DNA of 64,000 bases. It comes from Chiloscyllium plagiosum. Its lineage: Eukaryota. A program made the position numbers and the translations under genes. Below are positions 26,165-39,369 of the stretch, piece after piece. Under the pieces are notes generated by a model that made no database searches, was not told the DNA's origin, and worked only from the letters and a program-made list of their open reading frames with translations. The DNA is taken from contig NC_057759.1 in NCBI RefSeq assembly GCF_004010195.1, positions 5,052,657 to 5,116,656 on the forward strand, given 5' to 3'. Every line of letters starts with the position of its first letter. The stretch's first letter is position 1.

Positions 26165-26700
26165 ATTTCCTCAGATGGCGAAGGGAATTCAGCATGTCCA
26201 TCAAGACTTGCAAACTTTTATAGATGCACCACAGAAAGCATTCTATTTGGATGTGTCACAGTGTACTATGGCTTCTGTCCTGTCCAAGACCACAAGAAAC
26301 TACAAAGAGTTGTGACTCAGCCCAGTTCATCACTGAAAGCAGCCTTCCACCCAGAGGCTGCATTTCCACTTCCCCCTGTCTCGGGAAAGCAACCAACAAC
26401 ATGAAAGACCCATCCGACCCCAGTTATATGCTCCTCCACCCTGGTCTGTCAGGTAGAAAATACAGAAGTTTAAATATACCATCCGACAGATTCAGCAAAT
26501 GCTTCTCCGCTATTATTAGACTTTTGAACGGACCTTACATTTTGATGCTAATCTCTGTCTGCACCTTCTCTGCAGCTTTAACACTGTATTCTGGATTCTG
26601 TTCTATTCCCTTGATGGACCTTGGATGAGATGATCTCCCTGTAAGGTGCACAAAACAATACTTTGCAATTTTTCTCAGGACATGTGGTAACAATGATCAA
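26165..26700 (+). mobile_element. Rex1/Babar-like LINE 3' fragment
   Basis: LANFYRCTTESILFGCVTVYYG...KKLQRVV, typical of the C-terminus of Rex1-type reverse transcriptases. Confidence 0.7.
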
Positions 26701-26704
26701 ATTA

Positions 26705-27620
26705 AATTAATAACTGCAGTCTTATGTTCATACAGCAGAATCTGAGGGATATAGGCTGAAAACTACAGTCACACAAACTGACAAGAAAAGATGAGTAAAT
26801 ACACTCAAAACACTGGAATTACAGAGCCTGACAGAGTAATATTGATAACTAAACTCTCACGTTCACAAAGCAGAAGCTGATAGCAACAGATGAAAACTCA
26901 GCGCTCACATTCACATAGCAGGGATAGATTGACAATTACAAACATATGAGCCAAGCAGAAACTGACAGCTGCTGATTGATAACTCTATTTATCTATTCAC
27001 GCAGCAGAGTCTGAAAGGTACAGATTGAGTTACACTCACTCTGACAAAGAAGAAATTGACAGGTTGAGAATGATAACTGTACTCCCACATTCACATCGCT
27101 GAAACTGACCACTACAGTTTGATTAGTACACCCATATTCACAGCAGAATCTGATGGGTACTGATCAGTAACTGTATTCACATATTGACAGGAAATAAACT
27201 GACAGGGACAGGTTGGTATTGATTCTCAAATTGACGTGGTAGAAACAGATTGACAAAGATACTCTGGTGTCAAATAGCAAAACCTAACAGGTACTGTTTG
27301 ATAATTGCCTTCACACATTGGTATAGCTAAAGCAAACAAGTAGAGATCAATATCTACATTCACACAGAAGAAACTGATGGGTACAATTTGATGACTGCAT
27401 TTAATATTCATGCAGCAGAAACTGACAGGTAGATACTGATAATAACATGCTTGTTCTCATAGCTGAAACTGACAGGTTAAGGTTGATAAACTACACTCTC
27501 AGATACACAGTAGAAACTGTTCAGGACAGATTGGTATGTAAACTCACACATTCACAGGGCAGAAACTGATAGGTACATATTGATGACTAAACTCTCACAT
27601 CCCCATCAGTGAAACACATA
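26705..27620 (+). repeat. Degenerate ~49-bp tandem repeat
   Basis: Recurrent GCAGAAACTGACAGG...GATTGATAACTACACTC units. Confidence 0.8.
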
Positions 27621-27731
27621 GGGACTGATTTTATTTATATAAAATGTATTTAACAACCAGTCCCTGCAAGTTTATTCAGTGTGGATATATGAGTTTAGTT
27701 ATCAATCTATACCTGTGTTCAAAGTTTGTGA

Positions 27732-27995
27732 GAAGATTTGTAGCTCGGGTGCTCGTTGTTGTGGTTATGTTCGCCGAGCTGGGAATTTGTTTTGCAGACG
27801 TTTCGTCTCCTGTCTAAGTGACATCCTCAGTGCTTGGGCGCCTCCTGGGAAGCGCTTCTGTGATCTTTCCTCCGGCATTTATAGTGGTTTGTTTCTGCCG
27901 CTTCCGGTTGTCAGTTCCAGCTGTCCGCTGCAGTGGCCGGTATATTGGGTCCAGGGTCGATGTGTTTGTTGATAGAATCTGTGGATGAGTGCCAT
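27732..27995 (-). mobile_element. Penelope (Poseidon-like) 3' end
   Basis: Minus strand encodes WHSSTDSINKHIDPGPNI, related to the 59107-59343 ORF, and ends GAGCTACAAATCTT. Confidence 0.8.
27794..27833 (-). ncRNA. Minimal hammerhead ribozyme, family C
   Basis: GCA-CUGAGGA-U-GUC...GAC-GAAA-CG-UC^-UGC; helix I GCA/UGC. Confidence 0.7.
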
Positions 27996-28107
27996 ACATT
28001 TTGATAAAGCAAACCAAGGCACGAAATCCACACTTAATGGTAGGACATTGGGGAGTGTTGCTGAACGAAGAAACCTCAGTATGCCGTTGAAGATTTCCTT
28101 GAATGTA

Positions 28108-28280
28108 CTCCAACAGGTTTATCTGGAAGCACTAGCTTTCAAAGCACTGTTCCTTCTTCAACCACCTGATGAAGGTCAGTGCTTCAAAAGCTAGTGTTTC
28201 CAAATAAACCTGTTGGACGAAAACCTGGTGTTGTGTCATTTTTCACTTTGTCCACCCGAGTCCAACACTGGCACCTCCAA
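28108..28280 (+). mobile_element. Fold-back Penelope-like element, family A, with a decayed hammerhead
   Basis: Inverted arms around CAC-CTGATGA...AAAA-GCTA-GTG (28163-28196); nested in a CR1 fragment at 27995-28510. Confidence 0.75.
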
Positions 28281-28511
28281 GTCCATGAAAGCAGTTGCAG
28301 ATAGACAGGGTGGTGAAAAAGGCATTTGGCGTGCTTGCCTTCATTGTTCAGAATATTGAGTGTCGGAGTTGGGAGTCATCTGGTGGCTGTGCAGGACATT
28401 GGTGAATCCACTTTTCGGAGATTGTGTACAATTGTCACCAACCTGCTGCAGGAAGGATGTTGTTAAACTTGAGGTGGTACAGTAAAGATTTACAAGGACA
28501 TTATTGAGATA

Positions 28512-29670
28512 TAGAGTTGTACAGCATAGATACAGACCCTTTGGCCCACCATGTCCATGATGTTCAACAAACACCAAACTGCATTCGTCCCATTTACCTG
28601 CGCTTGGCCCATAGTTGACTACACCCTGGCTTTTTAAAGGCACGTCCCGATGCTGCTTAAATGCTGTACGAGTACCCAATCACCCTCTCAGGCAGAATGT
28701 TCCTAAATTTACCCATCCTCTGGGTCAAAATATTTTTCTCACATTTCCTCTAAGCTGTTTTCTCCTCAACTTCAACTTGTGCCCTCTGGGCTTAGGTCAC
28801 GGGGAGAAAGATCCTCTCAATCTACTCTGCCTACATTTCTGGTAATCTGGTATTCTTCAGTTAGATCCTCTCTAAGCCTCCTCTGCTCCAAGGAAACAAA
28901 ACTCAGCCTATCCAGTCTTCCCTCATAACGGTGACTTTCCAACCCACTGCACCCTCTGCAGTACAATCACATCCTTCTGATAGGGTGGCAGTCAGACCTG
29001 CACACAGTATTCCATCTGTGGCCTCATCAATGTTGTATAAAGTTGTTGTAAGAGTGCCTTGCTTTTAAATTGTACAGCTCAGGTAATAAAGGCCAGCATT
29101 CTGTATGCCTTCTTCAGCAGCCTGTCTGCCTGTGCTGTTTCCTTCTGGGACCTATAGACTTGTATACCAAGGTCCCTTTGTTCCTCAGTACTCCCTAGGG
29201 ACTTACCCTTCATTTTGTAATTTTTTCCCTTGTTAGACCTCCTAAAATGCGTTATCTCAGGAATATCAGAGCCATTGTTGTGCCGGCAGTACTCATGAGA
29301 CCATCCCTCACTGTCAACAAGTGCTGCCAATTTTCATGTCGAAGAAGAAAGAACAGTACAGCACAGTCACATGCCCTTTGCCCTCCAAGCCTGCACTAAC
29401 ACATTTTACACTTCCACACTAAAATCTCATCTATGAATATAGTAATTATACATTCTACATTCACATCAAATGTAGAATGTACATAATGAACAGCAAGTGT
29501 CCCGGCACTGATCTCTGTGGGACACCGCTGGTCACAGGCTTCCAATCACAAACACAACCCATCACCATCACACTTTGCATCCTGTCTGCAAGCTAATTTC
29601 AGATCCAGTTTGCTTAAGACTCCAAGAGCCAATCTTAGACCAGTCTTTTATATGGGACTTTGTCAAAGGC
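28512..29670 (-). mobile_element. Old CR1 LINE fragments
   Basis: Minus-strand EEQRDLGIQVYRS...KKAYRMLAFI; continues at 30682-30740 beyond the LTR. Confidence 0.8.
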
Positions 29671-30681
29671 TGTCGGGGTGGCCTGTACCTGCCAGAATAG
29701 AGTGGCCCATATCTGTTAACACAAACTGGTATGTAAGTGGAAAGTAGAATTAAATAGCAGGACATGAAACACAATGACAGAAACTAAGCACATCAGCCTA
29801 TTCACACACACTGAGGCATAATGATACCATTGAACAAGCCACTCAAGAGGACAGTAAAAAGGACCCACCCTGTTCCCATTCGAAACAGTTCTGACCAGCA
29901 GACCTAAGGTCTGATGAACGAGTAACTCCAGCCACATTAAATGAAATGGAATTGTGCCAGTAAATGAACAGGCACCAGATGTTAGATACAGCCCATTAAT
30001 CCCCTAAAACAACTGAGGGGGCAACAGCTAAAGTTATCTTATACTACTCAGTTTTGTAACTGTGTGACTTTACACATTTTAACTAACTTTATAACAGAAA
30101 TTAAAATTACAAATTTATAGCAAAATTAACTTTTTTGTTTTTTCTTCATTTCTATTAAGGACTTTTGGGCATGTAAGAGGAACAATAGAATTTGATTAAA
30201 ATTAAATACAATGAATAACAGCATTCAGGATGTCCCTCAAGATAAGCTAGACCGACAGAAACCCAAAGGAGTACAGCAAGTAACTCTGGAATATGAACAA
30301 ATAGGATACATAGAAAGATCCCAAGGCTGAGCGATTACAGTATCTGCTAATCACTTTGAGATCATGTGAACCTGGGGCTGTCCAATGGATGCCTATCATT
30401 GATTAGGTGTCTCAAAGGACAGGGTATACAAAGTAAGAGAGAGGAACATATTAATCACGTTGTATGTGATTGTTCACAGAAAGTTACAAAAGATACTGCT
30501 TTTTTTTTACTGTAAAATCAGAGTGTGCCATGGATCTCTCCTCCGAGGCCAGTCTCAGGGGAAGATCCTTTGGCCCTCTCCCTGCATTAACTGGTTTCTG
30601 CTTGAATAAACACCTACCACTTGCCTGAATCCTACCTGCCTCCTGAGTCTTTCATCTCTGGTCAGGGATTAAGTTCCTACA
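29671..30681 (+). mobile_element. Probable solo LTR of about 1.0 kb
   Basis: TGT...ACA termini; interrupts the CR1 sequence GTCAAAGGC|CTTG; 5-bp TSD AAGGC/GAGGC; AATAAA near 30605. Confidence 0.78.
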
Positions 30682-30741
30682 GAGGCCTTGTTGTTGTCCA
30701 TGTAAACCACATCAACTGCACTACTCCCATCAGTATATTTT

Positions 30742-31200
30742 GTTGCCAGGACTAGAGGATTTGAGTTATGGGGAGAGGCCAAATAGGCTGTTGTTTTTTC
30801 CCCCTGGACTGTCTGAGGCTGAGATATGACCTTATTGAGGTTAATAAAATCATGAGTGACATTGAGAGGGTGAATATGCAAGGTCTTTTTTCTAATATTG
30901 GTGAGTCCAAAAATAGAGGGCATAGGTTTAAGGTGAGAGGGAAAAGATTTAAAAAGCACGTGTGGGGTTACTTTATCATTGCAGAGGGTGGTGCTTGTAT
31001 GGAATGAGCTACCAGAGGAAGTGGAGGTGGTGGGTACAATTACAACCTTATGTAGGCACCTGGATCAGTACATGAATAGGAAGAGTTTAGAGGGAGACAG
31101 ACCAAATGCTGGCAAATGGGACTTGGTCAGATTAGGATCTCTGGTCAGCACTAACAGCATGGACTAAAGGACCTGTTTCTGTGCTGTACAACTCTGTATG
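30742..31200 (+). mobile_element. HER1/CR1 LINE 3' fragment
   Basis: RGHRFKVRG, QRVVLVWNELPEE and the 3' tail. Confidence 0.88.
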
Positions 31201-32362
31201 ATACTCTGAAGGCCAGACCTTGATACTATGACACCCAATTAGATTCCGCACTATCAGAATTGGAAAAGTCCATTGCTTTTCTCACCTTGACGTTTAAGAA
31301 CAGCACAGACCTGTTTCTGTGTCAATGTGTTACAGCTTTACTTGTCTGTGAATCCTACAGATACAAACAATTACAGAAAATAAGATCTTTCCCATTCACT
31401 TCAGGAAACATGAACTGAGAACGCTCCTGTCCCACTCTGCTAACTGGCTGTCCACTTTACAGCAAACATTTAAACAGTTCAGTAACACAATGCAGGAAGA
31501 CTGAAGCAGGGTCAAGTGAGTATGGGCATCCTCCCTGTGTCATAACTGTTCCTTTCAAAAATCTTTTTTTATACATAAAATCAGTGCGTATACACAATGG
31601 AGAACAGCCTGAGTATGCTGCGTGAACTGCTGTGCTTTTCCAGGATCACAAATCCAGAAACAGCCTGAGTAGTCAACATTAAATTTTAGTTTAAGTTCTT
31701 CACTAGACAACGTGGCTCTACTCTGTGGCAGCCTGTCACATCTGAGCAGAGTTTTGAAGGAGCAGTCCCATTGAATAGTAGTAATTCCCAAGTACACAAG
31801 CTGTACAAGTGAATGGAAGAGCAGGGCAAACAGTTGCTGACTGCGCCTGTTATTGTCCTTATTCATGTAATGAAGGGTGTGAAGGAAACTGATTTCTGGA
31901 CGCAACCAAGAATGAGATAGTGACAATACACATTGGGTATAGAATAACTTGCAAAGCACATAAATACTGCCAGGTTAGTCGGTCCACAGGCAAAAATAGA
32001 AAAATCATGCCCACAAGGATCACATGGTTGGGAGAGCTAGCATTTCATTAATAAAGTTAAACAGGACAGGGTAAGAGTGAAATATGTCAGTCCCAGTGTA
32101 CGAGTGAACTTCCAATCAAATTTAAATATATGGTATCACATTGGTCAAAAAGTAAACTCCACTTGATTGTTCAGAAATACTGAACCCCCTATTGCATGGT
32201 CACAATGTATTCCAGTTAAGTAGGGAAAGAAGTAAATAAACATTCAGATTAAGTATTCATCCAATTATCTCACCATGGTTTATACTTGCTGTCTGACTCT
32301 ATGACTGTATGTAATTCATGTATCAATTCTGTTTGTCCAAACTGGAGGAATTCGATAGCAGG

Positions 32363-32584
32363 GTACAAACAATGACTGCAGATGCTGGAAACCAGATTCT
32401 GGATTAGTGGTGCTGAAAAAGCACAGCAGTTCAGGCAGCATCCGAGGAGCAGTAAAATCGATGTTTCGGGCAAAAGCCCTTCATCAGGAATACAGCCTGA
32501 TGAAGGGCTTTTGCCCGAAATGTTGATTTTACTGCTCCTCGGGTGCTGCCTGAACTGCTGTGCTTTTCCAGCACCACTAATCCA
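32363..32584. mobile_element. Fold-back Penelope-like element, family B, with a CTGATGA core on each arm
   Basis: 15-bp TSD GAATT(C/A)GATAGCAGG (32348-32362, 32585-32599); unoccupied site in the paralog near 16560. Confidence 0.88.
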
Positions 32585-33550
32585 GAATTAGATAGCAGGC
32601 CAAGTGTCAGATTGAAACAAATATCACAATTTAATTTATTTCCACGACGTGAAAACAGAACACTTCTCTTACAAAATGACTGAATAAATACATCATTTTC
32701 AAGTGGTCCAACGGGAAATCAAATATTAATATGAAAAGGTACACATTCAGACAGATTCAGAGAGATTATTGGACACAGAATGAAAAAGCTCTCATAAAGT
32801 GGTCTTGTTATAAACATGTGAACAATAAATTCAAAATGCACATTCAGAATATAACTTACAATCATAAACCGTACCATAGAATAACAGTTGTGGAAATTGT
32901 CCAAACTGCTGTATACTGTCAGAGACTGACAATGGTATTAAAAAGTCTCACTTTCATTTACAGTACATAAATTTCTCCAGTGCAGATAGAGGTCATTTGG
33001 CCCATCCCCCTGCAACAACTCTCCAAAGCAGGTCCCACGCAGATGTAGATTCCACATTTGCCACAGTTAACCCACTGACACTGCACATCCTTGAAGACTA
33101 CAGGACAATTTACCATGGCTAATCCAGCAAACCTGCACATGTTTGGACCATGCAGGAAAACAAGAGCACCCAGAGGAAACCCATGCAGACATGGGCAGAA
33201 CGTGCAAACTGCACACAGATAATGAAGCATGGTTGGAATTGAATCTGTGTCCCTGGCGTCACTGTGCCACCAAGCCATCCTGATATGGATAGCAATCAAT
33301 GAAATCTTATTCATGTTGAGCAACAGGGATTTGAAGTAAATAGAGCTCCTGCAGTTTCTTCAAGTGTCATGTTAAACAGAGACAAATGTGTAAGTACAAT
33401 CACTTATTCACAGAACACAAACTGACAGGCACAGATACTTTCAGGTACAGATGCAGTCATCCATTCATATAGTTGAAGCTGTCAGGGATAGACTGATGAT
33501 TACACAAACACATTCACATTGCAGAAACAGACAGGTACATTTTGATAATA

Positions 33551-33741
33551 AAAGGAGAAAGTGAAGTCTGCAGATGCTGGAGATCAGAGCTGAAAATGTT
33601 TTGCTGGAGAAGCGCAGCAGGCCAGGCAGCATCCAGGGAACAGGAGAATCGATGTTGAAGGGCTTATGCCCGAAACGTCAATTCTCCTGTTCCCTGGATG
33701 CTGCCTGGCCTGCTGCGCTTCTCCAGCAACACATTTTTAGC
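33551..33741. mobile_element. Fold-back Penelope-like element, family B
   Basis: 14-bp TSD ACATTTTGATAATA (33537-33550, 33742-33755). Confidence 0.85.
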
Positions 33742-34449
33742 ACATTTTGATAATATACTCACATATTCCCAGAGGAAAATCTGACCGGTATATATTGATA
33801 AGTACACTCTTACATTCACCTAGAATCTAATGAGGCAGATTGATAACTAATGTCACATTGACATAGCAAAAGCTGACAGGTAGAGACTGATAATTATACT
33901 CCTATTCACACAGCAGAATCTGACATGGGCAGATAGATAATTGGACCGTCATCTTCACATCACAGAAACTGACAGGGAGAGATAGATAACAAGACAATCA
34001 TATTCAAATTGGAGAGACTGATGGACAGATCAATAACTACACTTCCATATTCACAGATCAGAAACGGACAGGTACAGATGGATAGGCGAAAGTGAGGACT
34101 GCAGATGCTGGAGATTAGAGTCAGGAGTGTGGTGCTGGAAAAGCACAGCAGGTCAGGAATCATCCGAGGAGCACAGATTGCAGGAATATTTCTAAGTGGC
34201 TGGCAAATAGCGTAATGTATTACTGCTTACATCAGTGCTTGATGGATACAGAATAAAACCTCTCTTGAAGTAACACTAATTGACTATTACACAGAGGACC
34301 AGAGTCTGAATGGACAGATGTTGAGTTAATGCAAAATGTGTAAATAAGGACACGACAGATACAGAGTTAAAGTGACACATATATAGCAAGCTTACAGTTG
34401 CTGGTTAACAGGTATTCGCGTAACACTGAGAAATGCTATAAATCCCTAC

Positions 34450-35447
34450 ATAGAGTTGTAGAGATGTACAGCATGGAAGCAGACCCTTCGGTCCAACCAA
34501 TCCATGCCGACCAGATATCCCAACCCAATCTAGTCCCACCTGTCAGCACCCGGCCCATATCCCTCCAAACCCTTCCTATTCATATACCCATCCAAATGTC
34601 TCTAAAATGTTGCAATTGTACCAGCCTCCACCACATCCTCTGGCAGCTCATTCCATACACGTACCACCCTCTGTGTGAAATAGTTGCCCCTTAGGTCTCT
34701 TTTATATCTTTCCCCTCTCAACCTAAACCTATGCCCTCTAGTTCTGGACTCCCCGACTTTGACTATTTATCCTATCCATGCCCCTCATAATTTTGTAAAC
34801 TCTATAAAGTCACCCCTCAGCCTCCGACACTCCAGGGAAAACAGCCCCAGCCTGTTCAGCCTCTCCCTGTAGCTCAAATCCTCCAACCCTGGCAACATCC
34901 TTGTAAATCTTTTCTGAACCCTTTCAAGTTTCACAACATCTTTCCGATAGGAAGGAGATCTGAATTGCATGCAATATTCCAACAGTGGCCTAACCAATGT
35001 CCTGTACAGCCGCAAGATGACCTCCCAACTCCATTACTCAATACTCTGACAAATAAAGGAAAGCATACCAAACACCTTCTTCACTATCCTAGCTACCTGC
35101 GACTCCACTTTCAAGGAGCTATGAACCTGCACTACAAGGTCTCTTGGTTCAGCAACACTGCCTAGGACCTTACCATTAAGTCCTGCTAAGATTTGCTTTC
35201 CCAAAATGCAGTACCTCACATTTATCTGAATTAAACCCCATCTGCCACTTCTCAGCCCATCTGGTCAAGATCCTGTTGTAATCTGAGGTAACCCTCTTTG
35301 CTGTCCACTACACCTCCAATTTGGTGTCATCTGCAAATTTACTAACTGTACCTCTAATGCTCACATCCAAATCATTTATGTAAATGACAAAAAGTAGAGG
35401 ACCCAGTACCGATCCTTGTGGCACTCCACTGGTCACAGGCCTCCAGT
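34450..35447 (-). mobile_element. HER1/CR1 LINE 3' third
   Basis: From PVTSGVPQG through the 3' tail on the minus strand. Confidence 0.92.
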
Positions 35448-35621
35448 ATAAAGCTGCAGGACGCCTAAGCAGTTATTGATAGGTCACTGGGCCCACAGTT
35501 ATCAATCAAGTTCTCAGAAATATATTAATCCCACACTCAAGACGTAACTCAGCTCTTGACTCTAGAAAAGTATGACATAGAAACTCTTTTCATTTCTCTT
35601 CAACTCCATGCAATTGAGAAT

Positions 35622-36625
35622 GAAACCAAAAGAGAAAATGCTAGAAAATCTCAGCAGGTCTGGCAGCATTTGTAAAGAGCGAAAAGAGCTGACATTTCAA
35701 GTCTAACTGACCCTTTGTCAAAACTAATAAAAGGGAGATATAGGGGGGTATTTATACTAGGCTGAGAGAAGGAGAGTCATGGCTCCAGAAGCAAAGGTGG
35801 CAATAAAGAGGTGATAATGTCAGTGCATAAAGAGATTATAGGGAGATTGGGAGCTGTGAATTACCAAGGCTGAAGCCAGTGATTTGTGACATACTGTGTG
35901 GGGGATGGAGGCATGGGTGAAGTCGAGGCAAAATGGAAAACAGTGGAGAAGGGTAGCAAAGGGGGAAGAGGAGAGGAAAAAGGTGATGAGAGAGTGGGGA
36001 GCGAGAAAGAGAGAGACAATCAAGAAATAAGAGATACAGAACAGTGAAAAAAATTTAAAAAGATAAATTAGATTACTTACAATGTGGAAACAGGCCCTTC
36101 GGCAAGTCCACACCGACCCTCCGATGAGCAACCCACCCAGACCCATTCCCTTATATATACCCCTTCACGTAACACTATGGGCAATTTAGCATGGCCAATT
36201 CACCTAACCTGCACATTTTTGGATTGTGGGAGGCAGCACCCGGAAGAAACCCTCATCCAGAGAATGTACAAATTCCGCACAGACAGTTGCCTGAGGGGGG
36301 AATTGAACCCGGGTTTCTGTGAAGCAGCAGTGCTAACCAACGTGCTGCCCCAATAAATAAAATAAATGAAATAAAATTACGGAGCAGAATGAAAACAGAG
36401 GGGTCGAGATGGGATAATCAGCTGAAATTGTTGAATTCAGTGTTGAGACCGGCGGGCTGTAACGTGCCAAGTCGGAAGATAAGATGCTGTTCCTCCAGTT
36501 TGCGTTGAGCTTCCCTGGAACATTGCAGCAGGCCAAGTACAGACATGTGGGCATGGGAGCAGGATTGTGTGTTGAAGTGGCAAAACACGGGAAGTTCCGG
36601 GACCTCATTGCGTACAGACCGAAGA
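35622..36625 (-). mobile_element. Penelope-like 3' fragment with a nested HE1 SINE at 36068-36350
   Basis: PVFCHFN...RKLEEQHLIFRLGTLQPAGLNTEF; the terminal repeat carries a degenerate hammerhead-like TTGACAAAGGGTCAGTTAGACTTGAAATGTC. Confidence 0.82.
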
Positions 36626-36762
36626 ATGAGTTGCATCAACTCCAAGCGTAGAAAACACTCACGGTCAGGTTCCAGCGGATTGTCTAACTTGACAACAAAT
36701 GTAACCACAATTTCAAATGGATGAGTTTCTTTTTCACACAGTGATAAATTCTGTGTTAATTC

Positions 36763-37055
36763 AGAGGAAACTGAGTGAGAGACAGAGCAAGGAAACATCC
36801 AGCTCACTCCCGCCCCAACTGTATCTGGGACTGAACCTTTTCTCCCCAATTCTGACTGTTCCTGAGCAGAGGAGCGCATGCGTGAGGCCCTCCCCCAGCG
36901 CTGCCGTTGAGGGGCATTTACTCAGTGAGTGCAAGAGGTTTGTTTGAAACAGACCGCAATGGAGAGATCAGCGCCCAGGGAAGCGAGGGAACAGCAGGCT
37001 CCTTCCAGCAGCACATCGGGATGGGAGCCTGGGACACAGAGGGGGCTCCGAGACC
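36763..37055 (+). promoter_or_regulatory. GC-rich cassette, copy C, with the most complete 5' part
   Basis: GC box at about 36809-36816, NRF1-like GCGCATGCG at 36874-36882; cut off at about 37055 by a Penelope element. Confidence 0.55.
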
Positions 37056-38252
37056 AGGAGGGGCGTTGGAAATGTGATAGGTGGAAAGAGGTCAAGGTGA
37101 AGGTGATGGGTCGGAGTAGGATGGAGGCGGAGAGGTCAAGGAGAAGACTGCAGGTCAGGAAGGCGGTGCCGGGCTGGAGGGATCCGGCTGAGACAAGGTG
37201 GGGGGAGGGGGGATGAAGAGACTGGTGGAGTCCAAGTTCATCCCCTGCGGTTGGAGTGTTCCCAGTCGGAAGATAAGACGCTCCTCCTCCGACCGTCGGT
37301 TTGTTGTGGTTTGGCGGTGGATGAGTCCAATGACCTGCATATCCTCGGTGGAGTGGGAGGGGGAGTTGAAATGCTGTGCCACAGGTTGGTTGGGTTGGTT
37401 CGTCCGGGTGGCCCAGAGGTGCTCTCTGAATCGCTCCGCAAGTAGGCTGCCTGTCTCCCCAATATAGAGGAGGCCACACCGGCTGCAGCGGATGCAGTAG
37501 ATGATGTGGGTGGAGGTGCAGGTGAATCTGTGGCGGATATGGAAGTTTCCCTTGGGGCCTTGGAGAGAAGTGAGGGGGGAGGTGTGGGCGCAAGTGTTGC
37601 ACCTCCTGCGGTTGCAAGGGAAGGTGCCGGGAGTGGTGGTTGGGTCGGTGGGGGGTGTGGATCTGACAAGGGAGTCGCGGTGGGAGTGGTCTCTACGGCA
37701 GGCTGATAGGGGAGGGGAGGGGAATATATCCTTGGTGCTGGGGTCTGTTTGGAGGTGGCGGAAGTGACGGCGGATGATGCGCTGTACATGGAGATTGGTG
37801 GGGTGGTAGGTGAGGACCAGTGGGGTTCTGTCCTGGTGGCGGTTGGAGGGGCGGGGCTCAAGGGCGGGGGAGCGGGAAGTGGAGGAGATGCGGTGGAGGG
37901 CACCGTCGACCATGTCGGGGGGGAAATTGCGGTCCTTGAAGAAGGAGGCCGTCTGTGTTGTGCGTATTTTGAACTGGTCCTCCTGGGAGCAGATGCGGCG
38001 GAGACGAAGGAATTGGGAGAATGGGATGGCGTTTTTACAGGGGGCAGGATGGGAGGAGGTGTAGTCCAGGTAGCTGTGGGAGTCGGTTGGTTTGTAGTAG
38101 ATGTCCGTGTTGATTCGGTCGCCTGAGATAGAAACAGAAAGGTCTAGGAAGGGGAGGGAGGAGTCCGAGACTGTCCAGGTGAATTTGAGGTCGGGGTGGA
38201 AGGTGTTAGTGTAGTGGATGAACTGTTCAACCTCCTCGTGGGAACACGAGGT
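37055..38252 (-). mobile_element. Penelope-like retroelement (Neptune-like), 5'-truncated, with an open RT C-terminus and GIY-YIG endonuclease
   Basis: About 365 uninterrupted codons: LPFLDL, TDIYYKPTDSHSYL, PCNRRRCNTC, IIYCIRCSRCGLLYIGETG, FRLGTLQPQGMN; CpG-rich, consistent with a young copy. Confidence 0.93.
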
Positions 38253-39369
38253 AGATATAGCACCGTTTATCCTCTCTCCAATAGGTTGTATATTGGGAGT
38301 TGGATATTGAACTGTGTCAGCATTCCCGGTGATGAGTAGTCCCATTCATGGAACTGTGCAGTTTTTACTCAGTTTCTCCATCTCACTCAATTGGTATCGA
38401 ATCATATGAAAAACAAACACAATCTCCAGACAAAGAGCAGCTCAGTGCAGCAATGGAATCCGATCCGTGGTTCTGTTTTAATTTGCTGGCTTATCCTAAC
38501 GAATATGCAATGAATGTGACATTGATCAATATTGCCAGACTCGCTTCACGTTGATTAATAGGCGGTGTCTCTCTATCTCCCTCCAGACAAATACCTGAGG
38601 GACTAAGACACTGTGATACTTCCTCGGTTCAAAGGGAAGTGTCACCAGCTGCCTCGAGCAAACAGCAGGTATGTAGCCCATTGACGTTTACACACAAGTT
38701 TTGAAGATAGATAAACTGAATCCTCATCCAAAATAAACACTCAGGAACAGCATGAAAATCTGCATTTTAATAAGAACATTTTCTACAATGTAGATAAACA
38801 AATAGATCATACTGTTACATAGCAGCTACCTCACAGATGGTTGTTGAAACTAAGTACAGAGATGGGGGGAAACTGCTCATCAACAGTTTCTCTCTCTCCA
38901 TTCTCAGTGCAAATCACCCCCATTTCCAATAAGTGTTATTATTCACAGCCATCAAGTCACAGAGATGTACAGCATGGAAAGAGATCCTTCGGTCCAAATC
39001 GTCTGTGCCAGTCAGATATCCTAACCTAATCTAGTCCCATTTGCCAGCATATTGCCCATATCCCTCTAAACCCTTCCTATTCACATACCCATTCAGGTGC
39101 CTTTTAAATATTGTAATTGTACCAGCCATCCATGCCGTTCATGATTTTATGAACCTCTCCAGAGAAAACAGCTCCACCCTTTCGGCCACTCCCTTGAGCT
39201 CAAATCCTCCAACCTGGATGAAGAACATTTACATGTAGTTTGTCTGTGACTGAGAAGGACAGAATTACTCCTTTACTGAATAGTTGACACATACAGAGAT
39301 GATAATTCAATAATGTGAATTCCAAACAATCTCTGCAAAAGTCTGAGTTTTCCTCACTCCTAAATGATC

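Noticed and set aside
22780-27620. CRISPR array or decayed C2H2 zinc-finger array
   Set aside because: Eukaryotic context, no constant repeat with unique spacers, and a period near 49 rather than 84 nt, with no TGEKP linkers.
31286-31354. 69-nt minus-strand segment with good splice sites
   Set aside because: Stops in all three frames and no partner exon was identified; at most a non-coding exon.
38253-38345. N-terminal 30 aa of the 396-aa ORF as a host-Penelope fusion gene
   Set aside because: This part is spacer DNA (inverse of about 7970-8060) that is in frame by chance; the element is 5'-truncated.
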